Assembly: GCA_965249485.1 (NCBI GenBank)
Contig: OZ252239.1
Span: 2,880,001-2,944,000, forward strand
Direction of reading: 5' to 3'
DNA length: 64,000 bases
Source: a bacterium
GTDB taxonomy: Bacteria; SM23-31
Shown: positions 1 to 9,042 of the stretch, piece by piece
Numbering within the stretch: the stretch's first letter is position 1
How the letters are laid out: each line of letters begins with the position of its first letter
Made by a program: the position numbers and the translations under genes
Notes under the pieces: generated by a model
Databases searched by the model: none
Told to the model about the DNA's origin: nothing
The model's input: only the letters and a program-made list of their open reading frames with translations

Positions 1-438
1 CACTTTCTTGATTTTTATTTTATCAACTTTATTCTGTATCCAGCTCAATACATCATCGGAACAAATTTGTTTCAGAAGTTCGTTAATTCCATTGACTCCG
101 GCACTCATCGCACCAGCTTCGTCAAGAAATTCAATTAGGTCCGGACATGAATTACTACTTTTGTATTTAAATAGTAGATACGACACCATTCCTTCGGTCA
201 ATTCCCAGTCATTATTGAAACCTGTATACTGTTTAAACGTAAGTGCATCCTTGATTGTCAGCCTGTTCAGATCAATTGGTAGTTTGAGCAAGGTGTTGAT
301 GTAAAAACGAGTTGTTTCAACAATTGTTGCAATAAATGACGGCAGTGTATCGATGAGAACACCATCAACATCAAAAACGATCAAATCTATTTTTTCTATA
401 TACTCCTTCATCTCTTGCGTACAAACAACACTGCTCAT
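1..438 (-). CDS. HAD-superfamily hydrolase (TIGR01548-like), 3' end outside window; candidate histidinol-phosphatase
   Basis: Not in the ORF track. Manual translation from ATG at 438 (abutting the hisC stop): MSSVVCTQEMKEYIEKIDLIVFDVDGVLIDTLPSF...YTGFNNDWELT. Contains HAD motif I (DxDGV) and the GFNNDW motif, and is open to the window edge. Confidence 0.8.
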   Translation of the reverse strand, partial: MSSVVCTQEMKEYIEKIDLIVFDVDGVLIDTLPSFIATIVETTRFYINTLLKLPIDLNRLTIKDALTFKQYTGFNNDWELTEGMVSYLLFKYKSSNSCPDLIEFLDEAGAMSAGVNGINELLKQICSDDVLSWIQNKVDKIKIKKV

Positions 439-1512
439 TTAGTTCACCCCGCTACAAATTTTCTTTAGTGCATCAACAAATTGTTCATTTTCTTCCTGCA
501 AACCGACACTGACTCTGATACAATTCTCAAGGAGCGGATGTTTTGACATATCGCGCACTGAAATGCCTGCTTCTTCAAGCTTTTGAGCAATTTCCGAACC
601 GTTCATTTCTCCCTCAACAATAAAGAAATTCGTGTCAGAAGGATACACTTTGATCGATACTATTGTTTCTAGTTCCTGAATCATTGCAGTCTTAAATTTT
701 TTTACTGTCTCAACATTCTTCTGAATAAGATCCTGATGGCCTAGCATTACAACTGCGGCAGTTTCGGAAAATATGTTTAAGGTGAACGGTAATCTGACAC
801 GGTGGAGATACTCTGCAACTTCAGGATCGGCAATTGCGTATCCGACACGCAGACCGGCAATACCGAACGCTTTTGAGAATGTCCGTAAAATGATACAATT
901 TTTATAGCGTTTCAAGAGATTGAGCGCTGTTTTATTACTGAATTCAAAATATGCTTCGTCAATGATAACAATGCCATCAGTGACCTTCGCAATTCGTTCA
1001 ATATCGGCGATTTCCATAGAATTTGCTGTCGGATTATTCGGAGATGTCAGAATAACCATATCGACTTTTTCATTCTGAGCAATGTTAACCATCTCATCAA
1101 CAGGGAATGTCAAACCGGGACCCAATTGGGGATTGATAGCCTTAGCCTCGAGAAAACGCAAATTGTATTCGTACATAGGAAAAGTCGGAATCGGAAACAT
1201 GACCGTACTGTCTTTGCCAAGAGCCATTGACATTGCTATCTGAATCATTTCATCCGAACCGACACCGACAACAATCTTCTCAACCGGAACGTTAAGATTC
1301 TTACTCAACGCTTCTCTAAGCGGATCACCAAACATTGAAGAATATCTGTTCCATTCCTGCTTTGCAGCTTTTTCAAAAATTTCCTGTTTAATTTCAGCAG
1401 GAATATCAAACGGCACTTCATTTTGATCAAGCTTTATACCGGGCTTATTTTCAAATGGGTACGTTTTCCCATTTCTTATATTAGCCTTAATAACGTCACG
1501 CCACTTATCCAT
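439..1512 (-). CDS. hisC: histidinol-phosphate aminotransferase
   Basis: Motifs SPNNPT, DEAYFEF and LRTFSKAFGIAGLRVGY; his operon context. Start at MDKW overlaps the hisD stop. Confidence 0.95.
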   Translation of the reverse strand: MDKWRDVIKANIRNGKTYPFENKPGIKLDQNEVPFDIPAEIKQEIFEKAAKQEWNRYSSMFGDPLREALSKNLNVPVEKIVVGVGSDEMIQIAMSMALGKDSTVMFPIPTFPMYEYNLRFLEAKAINPQLGPGLTFPVDEMVNIAQNEKVDMVILTSPNNPTANSMEIADIERIAKVTDGIVIIDEAYFEFSNKTALNLLKRYKNCIILRTFSKAFGIAGLRVGYAIADPEVAEYLHRVRLPFTLNIFSETAAVVMLGHQDLIQKNVETVKKFKTAMIQELETIVSIKVYPSDTNFFIVEGEMNGSEIAQKLEEAGISVRDMSKHPLLENCIRVSVGLQEENEQFVDALKKICSGVN

Positions 1513-2776
1513 TTCGTATCTCCACTGATTGTGCATGTGCAAATAATTGCTCTATTTTCGCAAATGTACTGACAAATTTTGAAGCGTTTGACAAAGCCTT
1601 CCAAGTATATCCGGTATATGAAGTGAATTTCATGAAATCGAGAACATTGAGTGGTGATGCAAACTTTGCCGCACCACCGGTAGGCAGTGTGTGATTCGGT
1701 CCTGCCCAGTAATCACCCACAGCGCCCGGAGTGTATTGACCTAAAAAGACCGCGCCCGAATTACGAATTTTCTTGCTGAACTCATTTGCATTATCAATCA
1801 GCAGTTCAGTATGCTCCGGTGCAATTTGATTGATGAGCTCAATACCTGACTCTATTGAATCAACGAGAACAATCCCACCATTATTTTCTGTTGACTGACT
1901 GATATAGTCCCGTCTTGGGGAAGATTTCATTACATTTTCAAGCGTTTGTTCGAATGTGCTCAAGAGTACTTTGGAATTTGTAATCAATACTGTTTTCGCA
2001 TCAGGATCGTGCTCTGCCTGAGCCGCAATATCCCATGCAACGTATTCGACCGGGACAGAATCATCGGCTAATATCGCTACTTCTGTCGGGCCGGCCGGCA
2101 TATCGATTCCCACTTTTCCAAATACTTGTTTTTTTGCTTCGTTTACAAATTTATTCCCAGGCCCTGTAATTTTTGCCACCGGAAGTATCGATTCGGTTCC
2201 ATATGCGAGCGCTGCAATAGCCTGAGCACCTCCAACTGCATAGATTTCAGAGATACCCAGCAGTCCGGCACATCCAAGTATAGCGGGAGCAAGTTTTCCG
2301 TCCTGACCGGGAGGAGAAACAATCACAATGCGTTCCACACCAGCAACCTGTGCCGGAATACAATTCATAAGTACGGTTGATGGGTATACGGCTCTTCCCC
2401 CGGGAACATAAATGCCAACTGATTCAACAGGTGTGTATTGTTGTCCAAGTGTAATTCCGTTTTCATCTGTTTCTCGCCATGATTGCGGTATTTGCCTTGC
2501 ATGATACGATCGGATGTTTTCCGCAGCCTGCAAAAAGATGTCCTTTAATTCAGGAGAGAGGTTTCTTTGTGCAGCCTGAATATCTTCGGCATCCACTCTG
2601 ATCTGCTCAACAGATACACTGTCAAATTTCAGAGTATACTCCTTGAGTGCTGAATCTTTTCTCAATCGCACATTAGAAATAATATCCCGTACAACTTCTG
2701 ATGTTCTGTCTCCGGATTGCTCTGCGGAGGAAAACCAGAAATCGATCACTTCTTTTGGTGTGTCAAATTTTTTCAT
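1505..2776 (-). CDS. hisD: histidinol dehydrogenase
   Basis: Motifs GIYVPGG, GPGNKFV, IDMPAGPTE, AQAEHD, APEH and GPNHTLPT. Confidence 0.97.
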   Translation of the reverse strand: MKKFDTPKEVIDFWFSSAEQSGDRTSEVVRDIISNVRLRKDSALKEYTLKFDSVSVEQIRVDAEDIQAAQRNLSPELKDIFLQAAENIRSYHARQIPQSWRETDENGITLGQQYTPVESVGIYVPGGRAVYPSTVLMNCIPAQVAGVERIVIVSPPGQDGKLAPAILGCAGLLGISEIYAVGGAQAIAALAYGTESILPVAKITGPGNKFVNEAKKQVFGKVGIDMPAGPTEVAILADDSVPVEYVAWDIAAQAEHDPDAKTVLITNSKVLLSTFEQTLENVMKSSPRRDYISQSTENNGGIVLVDSIESGIELINQIAPEHTELLIDNANEFSKKIRNSGAVFLGQYTPGAVGDYWAGPNHTLPTGGAAKFASPLNVLDFMKFTSYTGYTWKALSNASKFVSTFAKIEQLFAHAQSVEIRNG

Positions 2777-2792
2777 TTTGATTTATCCGCAG

Positions 2793-3692
2793 TTAATAAA
2801 TCACTTTATTTAGTCGGTATTCAATAATGTCCCGTGCTCCGATGTTTTTTAATTCAGGTATTATCGTCCTGACTTCTTTTTCAAGAATGATTATCTCGAG
2901 TGCCACCCAGTTTTCATCAAGCAGAGACGAAACAGTCGGATCTTTCATAGCTGGTACCAATCTGCGTGCGGTCTCAATTTTGTCTTTCGGGAGATTGAAT
3001 TTTAAACCTGCTTTATCCTGAGCCTGCAATGCTCCTTTCGTCAGCAAAGCAATTTGATCGATCTTTTCCTTCTTCCAGGAATTCTGGTAGCTCTCTTTAT
3101 TGACGATAAGCCGGGGTGTTGATGTGAGAATGGTCTCAATAATCCGGAGATTATTCTCCTTCAATGACCGGCCGGTCTCAGTTGCCTCAACAATTGCATC
3201 GACCAGAAGCGGTGATTTAATCTCTGTGGAACCCCATGAAAACTCAACGGATGCATCAATGTTTTTTTCAGCAAGATAATTTCTTGTTGCGTTTACCAAT
3301 TCAGTTGCTATCCTTTTCCCCTGCAAATCTTCAACTTTTTGAATAGCAGAATCTGCTGGTGCTGCAATTACCCATCGTATCGGCCTCATAGACTGTTTAG
3401 AATATGCCAGTTCGGCAACTTCAATGACATCCGCATTATTTTCCATAATCCAGTCTTTGCCTGTTATACCGGCATCAAAGATTCCTTTGTCGACATATCC
3501 GGCAATTTCCTGTGCTCTGATTAACACCGCCTGTATTTCATCATCATCGACTGAAGGGCTGTATGAGCGGGTATTCTTTGAGAAATTGTAGCCTGCTTTT
3601 GCCAGTAGAGAAAAGGTTGCATCCTGCAGACTTCCCGACGGAAGACCCAATCGCAGTACATTACCGTTATCATTAAATGCGAGCGCTGACAT
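2793..3692 (-). CDS. hisG: ATP phosphoribosyltransferase, long form with C-terminal regulatory domain
   Basis: Motifs LRLGLPSGSL, DAGITGKDW and ETGRSLKENNL. AGAGGAG SD lies before ATG at 3692. Confidence 0.95.
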   Translation of the reverse strand: MSALAFNDNGNVLRLGLPSGSLQDATFSLLAKAGYNFSKNTRSYSPSVDDDEIQAVLIRAQEIAGYVDKGIFDAGITGKDWIMENNADVIEVAELAYSKQSMRPIRWVIAAPADSAIQKVEDLQGKRIATELVNATRNYLAEKNIDASVEFSWGSTEIKSPLLVDAIVEATETGRSLKENNLRIIETILTSTPRLIVNKESYQNSWKKEKIDQIALLTKGALQAQDKAGLKFNLPKDKIETARRLVPAMKDPTVSSLLDENWVALEIIILEKEVRTIIPELKNIGARDIIEYRLNKVIY

Positions 3693-3719
3693 TATATCTC
3701 CTCTGTTTATGTATAAAAC

Positions 3720-3749
3720 AAAAAAACCCACCAGTATATGGTGGGTTTC
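3720..3749 (-). terminator. attenuator terminator of the his leader
   Basis: Minus strand reads GAAACCCACCA-TATAC-TGGTGGGTTTTTTT: a stem-loop plus U-tract just upstream of hisG. Confidence 0.85.
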
Positions 3750-3781
3750 ATTAGATTCAAATTTAAATGAGTCCTAAAGAG

Positions 3782-3868
3782 TTATAATCCCACCAATATC
3801 TGACCTACAACGGCCTGATGATGAACGTGTACATGGCGATGAACTCTGTAGTGACTTTGTGTATTCAT
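3782..3868 (-). CDS. hisL: his operon leader peptide (28 aa, 6 His)
   Basis: Manual translation MNTQSHYRVHRHVHVHHQAVVGQILVGL*. Its 3' end (TGGTGGG) is complementary to the terminator 5' arm (CCCACCA), i.e. an antiterminator. Confidence 0.85.
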   Translation of the reverse strand: MNTQSHYRVHRHVHVHHQAVVGQILVGL

Positions 3869-3895
3869 GATAATTTTCGATTTTATTAAAGGTTA

Positions 3896-3924
3896 TATTT
3901 ACAAATAATATTTATAATAATCAA
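3896..3924 (-). promoter_or_regulatory. putative sigma70 promoter of the his leader
   Basis: TTGATT-N17-TAAATA on the minus strand; both hexamers and the spacing are conserved in the second copy at 6390-6418. Confidence 0.55.
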
Positions 3925-4078
3925 GATTTTTCTTTTAATACTATCACTTATTCCACTACAACTATCATCATATACAGCAAATTTATTGATTTTTTAATAA
4001 TATCGAAATTCTTTGTATCTCATTTTCATCTTCCATAGGGTGTATAAACAGTTTGAATAAGTGGAAAAGCGTACCATC

Positions 4079-4615
4079 TTATTCAATGTCTGTTGGCTTC
4101 CCATCCAGGCTTATTCTATTATTTTCTTCCCAATATTGTTCGATCCCGGTACGGCCTTTTTTTTCTGCAAACTTACGTAAAAGATCTCGTTCACCTTTAA
4201 ATTCATAAAATGGGACCTGATAACCGCACGATTTTTGAACGAGGTCTATACTAACATTAAAAATCTGTCTTGCTCCAATATATTCCGGGAATAAATCAGC
4301 TAATTTATTCAAATCCGGATCTTTTGAATGAACAATTCGTCCGTTTCCATAAAGCCTCACTATCATTGGTTTTTCATCAAATGCGCAACACATTATTGTG
4401 ATTCTATTTATAGCGACCATATGTGCAGCTGTTTCGTTGCCGCTCCCAGTCAAATTGAGCCATACGACTCGATTTTTATCAATCACCCGTAGAGAATCGC
4501 CACCTTTAGGAGAAATATTGACGCGGCCTTCTACATCAGCTGTCCCAACAAAGAATAATTTTTGCCGCTCAATAAAACTTTTTAGGGTATCATTAATTTC
4601 CGAATATTTTGCCAT
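4079..4615 (-). CDS. pyridoxamine 5'-phosphate oxidase-like FMN-binding protein
   Basis: Motifs FFVGTA, VNISPKG, LNLTGSGNETAAH and SCGYQVP typical of this family. Confidence 0.85.
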   Translation of the reverse strand: MAKYSEINDTLKSFIERQKLFFVGTADVEGRVNISPKGGDSLRVIDKNRVVWLNLTGSGNETAAHMVAINRITIMCCAFDEKPMIVRLYGNGRIVHSKDPDLNKLADLFPEYIGARQIFNVSIDLVQKSCGYQVPFYEFKGERDLLRKFAEKKGRTGIEQYWEENNRISLDGKPTDIE

Positions 4616-4728
4616 GATCTTTATCCTTCCTTCGAGATGACAAATTGATTAATTTCAGTAATTGTGCATCAAAATAAAATGTATATTATGCAAAAATATT
4701 TCTAATGAAATGGCATATTACAAAGTTA

Positions 4729-6150
4729 TTATTTCCTGCATTTTTCAATCGCATTCTTCGCGGAATCTATTGCAGTTTCAACGTCTTTCTCGCTCGTCCT
4801 CCAATTCGAAACGGAAACCCTCATACATCTCTTACCCCTCCAGGTAGCACCACCAAAAAATGCTCTGCCGTCTTTTAATATTTCTTCAATCACTTTGTCA
4901 GTTTGTTCATCATGGTCTGTTTGAGAAGCATTTTCATTTGGTGAAAGAAATCTAACAAGGCCCTGATTGATTATCGGCTCCCACAACATTTCAGCACCTT
5001 TCAATTTGCCAATGCCGGTAACGATCGAATGAGCATGTTTACAACATTTGTTTACGAGATCGGTCACCCCCTTTTTTCCAAGCTGCCTGATAGCAGCATA
5101 AGCAGCAACACTTCTTGCTCGTCGAGAAAAATCGGGATTCCAATCTACTTGATCTCTTGCACCGTCAACGAGTACCATATAGCTTGCCCGGCTCGACATC
5201 GCCTTTATTTGTGATGGTGGGTGAGCAACAAATGCAAATCCGCTGTCATAAGGAACATTCAACCATTTATGTCCGTCAGTTGCCCATGAGTCAGCATTTT
5301 CAACTCCTTTTAAATAATGCCGGTAATCAGGGCTGGCATTTGCCCATAATCCGAATGCTCCGTCAATGTGGACCCATGCATTGTACTTGTGTGCGATAGG
5401 GATCAACTTCTCAAAATTATCAAATGATCCCGTATTTAATTCTCCGGCTTGAAGGAGAACAATAGTAGGTGAATCGGGCGATACCTTCAATGCATCTTCA
5501 AGGCTAACCGGACTAAAACCTCTTGTGTCATCTTCTGAAATCCTTATAATATTATCAGTTCCAATACCGATTATCCTCGTGGCACGATCTACTGTTGTAT
5601 GCATATTGTCACTGCCGACAATTCTGATTTTTGGAGATCCTGACAATCCTTTTTTCTCGACATCCCAACCATGCTTTTCCAGAATGTAATTTCGAGCGGC
5701 GGCAAGGCAAGTAACATGAGCCATTTGGCAACCCGTAACAAAAGCATGAGACACAGAATCCGATAATCCAAGTAATTCTTTCAGCCACTTACCGGTTATT
5801 TCTTCGATTACTGATACAGCAGGCGAACAGGCATATATCATCGGGTTTTGATCCCACGTTGAAACCAGCCAATCTGCAGCGAGAGATGCAGGTACGGAAC
5901 CTCCGATAACCCAAGCGAAAAACCTTCCTCCGGCATTTCCCAATAGTGCACCTCTTGTGTCATCAACCAGTTCATTGATAATTTTTTCCGGTTCCATTCC
6001 AGTATCCTGTAATGGTTTATCAAGCTTTTTCCTTATTGCGTCCAATGTCAATGTTGCAGATACCTTGGAATCATCTAATGTCTCAAGATAATTTATCGCA
6101 TGATCCAGAGTTGTTTCCAGTAGCGGCCTTATATTTTCTTTTAAATTCAT
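4729..6150 (-). CDS. PLP-dependent group II amino-acid decarboxylase
   Basis: Motifs WVHIDGAFG and SWATDGHKWLNVPYDSG (PLP lysine); 473 aa. Confidence 0.9.
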   Translation of the reverse strand: MNLKENIRPLLETTLDHAINYLETLDDSKVSATLTLDAIRKKLDKPLQDTGMEPEKIINELVDDTRGALLGNAGGRFFAWVIGGSVPASLAADWLVSTWDQNPMIYACSPAVSVIEEITGKWLKELLGLSDSVSHAFVTGCQMAHVTCLAAARNYILEKHGWDVEKKGLSGSPKIRIVGSDNMHTTVDRATRIIGIGTDNIIRISEDDTRGFSPVSLEDALKVSPDSPTIVLLQAGELNTGSFDNFEKLIPIAHKYNAWVHIDGAFGLWANASPDYRHYLKGVENADSWATDGHKWLNVPYDSGFAFVAHPPSQIKAMSSRASYMVLVDGARDQVDWNPDFSRRARSVAAYAAIRQLGKKGVTDLVNKCCKHAHSIVTGIGKLKGAEMLWEPIINQGLVRFLSPNENASQTDHDEQTDKVIEEILKDGRAFFGGATWRGKRCMRVSVSNWRTSEKDVETAIDSAKNAIEKCRK

Positions 6151-6197
6151 TTATCCCTCAATTTGATACTATGAATTTATAATTTTTATTCATTATA

Positions 6198-6423
6198 GTA
6201 TAAAACAAAAAAACCCACCAGAATATGGTGAGTTTCGTTAGTTGCTATTTTCAATTGAGTCTTAAATAGTTATAAACCCACCAATATCTGACCGGCAACG
6301 GTCCGATGATTAACGGTGGTTAATTGTGATGAGCTGATCTCTGTTGAAACTTTGTGTATTCATAATAGTATTCAAAATTTAGTCAAGGATATTTACAAAA
6401 ATAAATTATTATAATCAAGATTT
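6198..6423. repeat. direct repeat copy 2: diverged his-type promoter/leader/attenuator upstream of the decarboxylase
   Basis: Homologous to 3711-3929. Terminator GAAACTCACCA-TATTC-TGGTGGGTTTTTTT at 6207-6236; leader ATG at 6363; promoter at 6390-6418. Confidence 0.88.
6310..6363 (-). CDS. diverged leader peptide MNTQSFNRDQLITINHR* (30 aa, ending at 6270, if one extra C is removed)
   Basis: Same MNTQS start as hisL. The homologous tail VNHRTVAGQILVGL* is in the +1 frame. Confidence 0.5.
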   Translation of the reverse strand: MNTQSFNRDQLITINHR

Positions 6424-6457
6424 CTATTTTTGGATATTTTCAATACTCTTAATTATT

Positions 6458-7393
6458 TTACGAGTTTTTTGAATCATTTGGCCCATTCAGTTGCTTTTTT
6501 CTTATAAGAGATGAAAGACGTGTCAATGTTACACCTCCGATTATGCATGAGCCACCCAGAATTTGATAAAAACCTAATTTTTCATGGAGAAATATTGCAG
6601 CAAAAGTTACGGCAAAGATCGGCACCATATTTTGGAAAATTGCTGTCTGTACATTTCCAATCTTTGATACGCCATAAAACCAAACCGTATAAGCAAATAC
6701 ATTTGCAAACAAGAATGAAAAAGTAAAATAGCCCCAACTTTCCATTGATATCGATGGCCAGTCCATTGTCATGAAATCATAAATGCCAAATGGTATGAGC
6801 AAAATTGTTCCGATTATAAAAGTGAGTGCAACCACTACACTCAATGAAGATTCCTGAATGAGCGGTTTGGAAAATACGGTAAAAATGCTCCAGCACAATG
6901 CACAGCACAAAATAAGCACATCGCCTACTACATTGCCGCTTGTAATTTCAAGACCGGATGCAGAACTGTTGATTACCAGCACAATCCCTATGAATGATAT
7001 GATCACACCGATCCACCCAAACAGATTGACTTTCTCAAGTTTAAACACAGAACTTAACAAGGCAACGAGAATGGGAACTGTTGAATACATAAGTGATGCA
7101 TTGCCAGCTGAAGTGATTTTAAGCCCAAATATAAATGCAATTTGAAGAAGTGTGTTTCCTACAAATCCCAGAAACAGCAATCTCCAAAAATATTTTCTGA
7201 TTATTGAGTAATCTCTAATATAAAAGTGATAATAAGTCATAAAAAATAGTGAGGAAGCTATAAATCGGAGAACAATAAAACCGAGCGGAGGAAATTCTGC
7301 CAAAGCAAGTTTGACAGCAGTAAAATTATATGCCCAGATTACTGCAACCAAGAAAAGGAGTATATCAACAACTGCTACTGATTTTTTATCCAT
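6458..7393 (-). CDS. DMT/EamA family transporter
   Basis: About 10 TM segments in two EamA repeats; motifs IWAYNF, LRF, PILVALL and LHEKL. Confidence 0.9.
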   Translation of the reverse strand: MDKKSVAVVDILLFLVAVIWAYNFTAVKLALAEFPPLGFIVLRFIASSLFFMTYYHFYIRDYSIIRKYFWRLLFLGFVGNTLLQIAFIFGLKITSAGNASLMYSTVPILVALLSSVFKLEKVNLFGWIGVIISFIGIVLVINSSASGLEITSGNVVGDVLILCCALCWSIFTVFSKPLIQESSLSVVVALTFIIGTILLIPFGIYDFMTMDWPSISMESWGYFTFSFLFANVFAYTVWFYGVSKIGNVQTAIFQNMVPIFAVTFAAIFLHEKLGFYQILGGSCIIGGVTLTRLSSLIRKKQLNGPNDSKNS

Positions 7394-7629
7394 AATATGC
7401 TATAAGTGAGGCATTCCAGTATGAATTCAAACCGTCCAATATACTGTGAAAATAGTATATACTCAATATATTAATGAGAATAGAAATGAATGATTATGAA
7501 ATAATAAGAGATGTACTGCGGCGAAAATGCTTATTATGATATATTGAGAAACTCAATTATCAAATAGGGGGAGAGTACAATAAAATTCTACTAATTATGA
7601 AGTAATGCTCGATATTTCGGTTGCCATTA

Positions 7630-8193
7630 TTATTCAGATTCAGGAAGAATCTGCAAAATCTGTCCTTCAAACCAGGATTCTACCGATTCACCGGCTTCTT
7701 CATCAATATAAGCGTCAACTGAGCCAAAATGCGTGTAGTTTATACTGCCGTCAGGTTTGAAAAATATAGTTACCGGTAGTCCTCTAAATGGTACACCGAG
7801 AATTTGTGTCAAGTCTGAAGATTTTGCGAGAAGAATAGGATAATTTATGCCCATTTTCTGCACTGCCGGCTCAACTACGCTTTTGCCTTCAATATCTGTT
7901 GATACACCCCAAATTTCAAGGCCTTTATCCTTATATTTATCATACAACCTGACAAATATTGGCATTTCATCGATACATGGTGCACACCATGTCGCCCATG
8001 CGTTCAACATAACACCTTTCCCTCTCAGATCGGAAATATTCATTTCCTCACCGTTCAATCCAGTCAGTGAGAACGTGTAAATACCATCGACCTCATATAC
8101 TTCCGATTCTCCTCCGGAACAGCTTATGACAAAAAAACTACATGCTATTACTACTATTGTCAAAAATTCTTTTGCGCTCTTCATACGTCTCAT
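7630..8193 (-). CDS. TlpA/ResA family thiol-disulfide oxidoreductase (lipoprotein-like)
   Basis: NAWATWCAPCIDEMP and GLPVT motifs; N-terminal hydrophobic segment with Cys. Confidence 0.9.
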   Translation of the reverse strand: MRRMKSAKEFLTIVVIACSFFVISCSGGESEVYEVDGIYTFSLTGLNGEEMNISDLRGKGVMLNAWATWCAPCIDEMPIFVRLYDKYKDKGLEIWGVSTDIEGKSVVEPAVQKMGINYPILLAKSSDLTQILGVPFRGLPVTIFFKPDGSINYTHFGSVDAYIDEEAGESVESWFEGQILQILPESE

Positions 8194-8196
8194 CCT

Positions 8197-8928
8197 CTAA
8201 CCAATTTTCTGCAAAAATGGAAACCATTTGTTTGCATAACTCGACAATATCGTAAAAAAGTCAAATAATATTAGAATACCGACAATGATAAGAAAAACAC
8301 CGCTCATTATCTCAATGAACCGCATATGTTTCTTAATCCGGTCAAAGATTCCGACACAATAATTGGTAGCAAGGGCTGTCAGAAAAAACGGAAGTCCCAG
8401 ACCAAGAGAATATATCGACAGGAGAAAAATACCCTGAGAGACATGTTCTTTCAAAGCGGCTATTCCAAGTATTCCTGACAGTATCGGCCCCAGACAGGGA
8501 CTCCAACCGAACGCAAAAGCCATTCCTATAAAAAAAGTGCTGACATAGCCCACTTTCTTATGCTGTTTATTAATCCTTTGCTCATACAGCAGAAATTTGA
8601 TTTTAAATAAACCGGTAAGGTGCAGTCCGAATATGATTATTATACTACCAGCAATTATTCTGATAAGAGTCATCTTCATCAGAAGAAACTTACCAACATA
8701 GGTCGCCGATGCACCCAGCAAGACAAAAACAAAAGAAAAACCGAGTATAAAAACAAGAGAACTTAAAACAACCTTTGTTTTATTTTGAGCAGAACTTTCA
8801 GAGCGAAGTTCCTCGATCGATACACCCGACATGATTGAAATATACGCGGGCACCAGCGGTAGTACACATGGGGATATGAAAGAAATTAAACCTGCAATGA
8901 ACGCAGCAATAAAAGAAATATCAGGCAT
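8197..8928 (-). CDS. ccdA: cytochrome c biogenesis protein CcdA
   Basis: Motifs SFISPCVLPLVP and FGWSPCLGPIL; adjacent to TlpA. Confidence 0.92.
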   Translation of the reverse strand: MPDISFIAAFIAGLISFISPCVLPLVPAYISIMSGVSIEELRSESSAQNKTKVVLSSLVFILGFSFVFVLLGASATYVGKFLLMKMTLIRIIAGSIIIIFGLHLTGLFKIKFLLYEQRINKQHKKVGYVSTFFIGMAFAFGWSPCLGPILSGILGIAALKEHVSQGIFLLSIYSLGLGLPFFLTALATNYCVGIFDRIKKHMRFIEIMSGVFLIIVGILILFDFFTILSSYANKWFPFLQKIG

Positions 8929-9042
8929 TCAGAAATCCTTTTTTTAACTATTACTACAACTGGTTGCTTAAACACATCCCCAATAATACAAGTTCCTGAT
9001 TTTTATCTTCAAAGGAATTTTCAACCAAGAGGATATACTGTT

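Larger units (their letters stand above)
3711..3929. repeat. direct repeat copy 1 (promoter + leader peptide + attenuator)
   Basis: Aligns with 6198-6423. Shared blocks: gtataaaacaaaaaaacccaccag, cccaccaatatctgacc, actttgtgtattcat, atatttacaaa, taatcaagattt. Confidence 0.9.

Noticed and set aside
3711..6423. Direct repeats as IS ends or prophage att sites
   Set aside because: No transposase or integrase is present, and the repeats are diverged and fully explained as promoter/leader/terminator.
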